A DNA stretch of 64,000 nt, from the NCBI RefSeq assembly GCF_052425735.1, contig NC_135759.1, forward strand, positions 15,624,001-15,688,000, written 5' to 3'. The DNA is from Oculina patagonica. Lineage: Eukaryota. Positions 61,201-64,000 of the stretch are shown here, one piece after another. Positions within the stretch are counted from its first letter, which is position 1; each line of letters begins with the position of its first letter. The notes beneath the pieces were generated by a model. That model was not told where the DNA came from, ran no database searches, and saw only the letters and a program-made list of their open reading frames with translations. Made by a program: the position numbers and the translations under genes.

Positions 61201-61522
61201 AGGTTGTTCAGGCCAGACTAGCACTTAGTCGGATATAGTTTAGTTCTAAAATACACAAATGGAGGTTACCTTACTTAGCTATTTACAAATTTATATTATT
61301 TTCCTCCTTCTTCTTCCATTTCAGGATCGAAAACTCAATGGACTCCCGGCGCTCATCACTACTGCTGGTCAGCAGCATTCCTTTACACCGGTTCGGCCCC
61401 AGTCCCTCGATGCAGTGGCATGCCATATTTCACAGTGTGTTTTAAGCGACTTGTACGCAGTAGCCAATCAAATGCTCATAGATTTCTTCAAAATTAAAAG
61501 AAGTCTGCAAATGCAGAAATGA
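58274..61522 (+). CDS. Gene G: secreted prolactin/GH-like four-helix protein, 5 exons, 233 aa
   Basis: Exons 58274-58280, 59415-59623 (GC donor ACG|GCGAGT), 60391-60498, 60750-60929, 61325-61522 (7/209/108/180/198 nt). MSSPRTKCFPIFYVIFLLLAMFHDTPVQA-GCPRGARCSGRAGLRRDLRKTIVALFDSSRLLAGLTSRALNYT|NFQFNVTDSCNPTCNSLISAVMADMNLTSSSWTNTS|RSNLLEFYRRATLGYSQELTQSMAELSRVQ...KAVNR|DRKLNGLPAL...VACHISQCVLSDLYAVANQMLIDFFKIKRSLQMQK. Confidence 0.87.
61119..61195. mobile_element. 77-bp fold-back hAT-type micro-MITE in intron 4 of gene G
   Basis: TAGCCTGCGTTGCAGACGAAC...GTTCGTCTGCAACGCAGGCTA, almost wholly palindromic, with an exact 8-bp TSD ATATTAGG at 61111-61118 and 61196-61203. Confidence 0.85.
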
Positions 61523-62063
61523 AAAACAGTGATCACGATAACATCAATGGATATTAACTTCGAATAACTCATATAATTATTGTTATAGCTTTTTGAAGTA
61601 TTTAGGTTTTTTTTTTGGTTTGCTTTTTTCAAAGAGCTGATATACAGTTTCATAGTAGCTATGTGATCTTGCTAATACTATTTCAGAAGGAAATATTTTA
61701 TAAATTGATCCAAATATTGTATAACATTATATGTAATATAAACAATTCAGTGTTATTTGTAAACAAAATAGGCACAAAAAGAAATTTCTGTATTACAATG
61801 TTATTTATATATGCATGTTATTCCCAAGTATTTATTGCAAATAAAATTTAAATCTATGCAAAGTACATCAACTTTGTGTAAGTCATTTGTCATCTCATCA
61901 TGCAGCGATCAGTTTATCTCAAGCTAAATCTTTCTTTTAGTCCCAGGGAAACCGGAATAGCCCATTTTTCAGTTCTGTGCTTTAATAGTGATCCGGCTTT
62001 TTTGAGCAGAAGCGAGGCTAGAGGTGAATTTGTTGCCATACAAACCTTGCTTTTTTCAATTGT

Positions 62064-62317
62064 AGGAGTCATGAATGGTCGTTCAAAATTTTGCAGTGCT
62101 TGCAAAATTAGGCTTGTGCTCGGAATGCTCGCAAAATATTAGTGAGTGCTCGTTTGCTCGTGGTCGCATATTTTTACAAGTACTCGCAAGCTCGGTTTTT
62201 CGAGGAGGTAGCTTTTTCAAAAGTGCTCGTTGCTCACAAGAGTGGCTTTTGTCAATGCTCGTGCTCGCTAAGAAAAACGCTCTGCTCAAATGCTCGCAAA
62301 GACCATTCAATACCCCT
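62064..62317. mobile_element. Probable MITE with internal TGCTCG repeats
   Basis: Imperfect TIR AGGAGTCATGAATGGTC / GACCATTCAATACCCCT, AATTGT on both flanks, and about 8 TGCTCG units. Confidence 0.55.
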
Positions 62318-62804
62318 AATTGTAAATTATCCTGTTATCATGCTTACTAGTTGCTAATCTCTATTATCACAAGGTCAAACAAAACCTCGCTTTCACATAC
62401 AGAGGCTTTGTTACATTTCACAGTCTGAACTGTAAAATCTGTACCTCTATAATACGGACACTTACATATTACGAAATCAGCTCAAACCCTAGAGAGGTGT
62501 ACACTTTACCATTGAACCTCTGAAATTGACTTAGGGCCTAGTGGTTTGAGTTCAGTGTGTTGGGCTGCGGCAAAGTAAGGTTTTAAATTCAATCTCACCA
62601 CTGCTATACGGATGTCACATCCAATCCTCCCCGGTTTTTTATCGAGTGTTACATGACGTAGTCATGGGAAAACAAGAGATATTGTTAGGGAAAGCTAAGT
62701 CACTCATTCTCCTGCCTATTTGGTAGCTGATTTAAAGATAAGGCTGTTATATTTGGCATTTCTGGTATAAAAGTATGCGGAAGTGAGAGGAGAGGGGTAG
62801 CGTA

Positions 62805-64000
62805 GGCTAGCCCGCGTTATATTCGGTGTTCTCCATAAAATAAACAATTCCATGCAGGTTCTTCACTTTCACTGAAAGTACGACAAAACATGGTCGTTGC
62901 ATCTTTTACCAGATCAGACCTCCACGGAGATGAAGACTCCAATCGACAAACTGCAGTGTTGGCAGTGTTCACACGTTATAACTGATCAAAGTACTTTGAT
63001 TTAATTGTCCCTGATGATTCAGAAGTTAATCTTCACTATTCATTACTGTGCATCATAGTACCAGTACTTAGTTTATACTGAGATTTTCCGACACAAAGGC
63101 TCAGTCTTGTTTAATCGCAACTGTAATTGGACTACAGTCAAAACCCTGCTTATCCTAAACGGCGTAGTCGTCACTTAGGTAGTTCATTTTATGGTTCGAT
63201 TTGGAAACGAACAAACTTCTTATCACTTCAATTTTTTTTATTGTACCCTAGCGAACGCGTTCAGACATTTACTTTAATAATCTTGCCGAAAAGCCAAAGC
63301 TAATAAATTCAGCCGACCTCAACCCCGTCTCTGATGTCCTGTATTAAAATTCAAAGTTTTTGTTTGTCTCATGTACGGTCGAATTTTGATTCCATCTTCA
63401 GGGTAGACAGCTTCTTCTTATATTTTCTCTCTCTGTTCCTAGCATGAAAAACTTGATCTCTGAGAATTAAATTCGAGTACATGCAATGTATATAAACAAC
63501 AAGAAGAGAAGGTCATGTTCGCCCATAGCATCCTTGGCCCTTTTGGCTTTAAATTGAATGGGTGTGCATGAAATATCGATAACGTACACGGCTCGTAAAA
63601 ACGACTGAGACTTTTTCTAAATGAGAAATACAAGCGTAAAAATTGATTAAAGTATGCTGGAATGTTGTACTAACGGTTTGTCAAAAACTGTTTTGCTTCG
63701 ACTCTCGATCGTCGAGTAAGGAAGCAAGCAAAACATGCGATTATATGAACACTGCATACGTATGATACTGATTTGTGGTCATGTTCTTCACCTAGCTAAA
63801 TTGAAACGTAACACTTTAAGGGCTACCTTGAATTAAAATATAAAAACCTTGAAAATAGAAGAAATATCAAAGAGTACAGGATGTTGGAATTGTTACAAAC
63901 TAGTTGAGTTGCTCGCACTTTACTACCTACCTTCAAAGTTATCATGGATGTAAATTTAGCTATGACAAGAAACAAAAATTTGACCGGAAGATTTCTCCTC
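62805..64000 (+). repeat. Second copy of the gene G upstream region, running off the window end
   Basis: Colinear with 56330-57515. Confidence 0.9.

Noticed and set aside
61523-61860. AU-rich elements in the 3'UTRs of cluster genes
   Set aside because: ATTTA motifs are present but not clearly above the AT-rich background, and there are no overlapping multimers.
1-64000. CRISPR arrays, rRNA genes or prokaryotic operons
   Set aside because: None seen. The window is spliceosomal eukaryotic DNA and its repeats are TIR elements or local duplications, not repeat-spacer arrays.

Overview
AT-rich, intron-containing animal genomic DNA. The SINE and MITE types look like those of stony corals (cnidarian origin is an inference, not proven). 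The left part holds a two-exon CPPED1 metallophosphoesterase gene (709-4568) and a head-to-head pair of intronless FERM-only paralogs (10959-12173 minus, 14286-15365 plus). The main discovery is at 19.5-61.5 kb: a cluster of seven spliced paralogs (here A-G) that the ORF track shows only in fragments, plus evidence for an eighth just beyond the window. The six complete genes encode secreted proteins of 223-235 aa with a 5-exon, intron-phase 1/0/0/0 layout and four amphipathic helical segments, which is the gene architecture of long-chain class-I four-helix cytokines and hormones. Genes F and G match human prolactin in exon 3 and 4 sizes (108, 180 nt; F also in exon 5, 192 nt) and carry an N-terminal CPRGARC loop and a helix-D CxxxD motif. 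Genes A-E resemble EPO/TPO/IL-11 (84-93 nt exon 3; A-D and the frame-corrected E have an N- and C-terminal Cys pair). Gene E has a +1 frameshift. Candidate NF-kB, IRF and ETS sites, conserved TATA spacing and a shared 3'UTR stem-loop are consistent with inducible immune or endocrine signalling. Also present: several MITEs, tRNA-derived SINEs, a Tc1-like element carrying a decayed SAM-like ORF, and a Penelope-like fragment with two hammerhead ribozymes. All comparisons to vertebrate genes were made by eye from remembered sequences; no database search was run.
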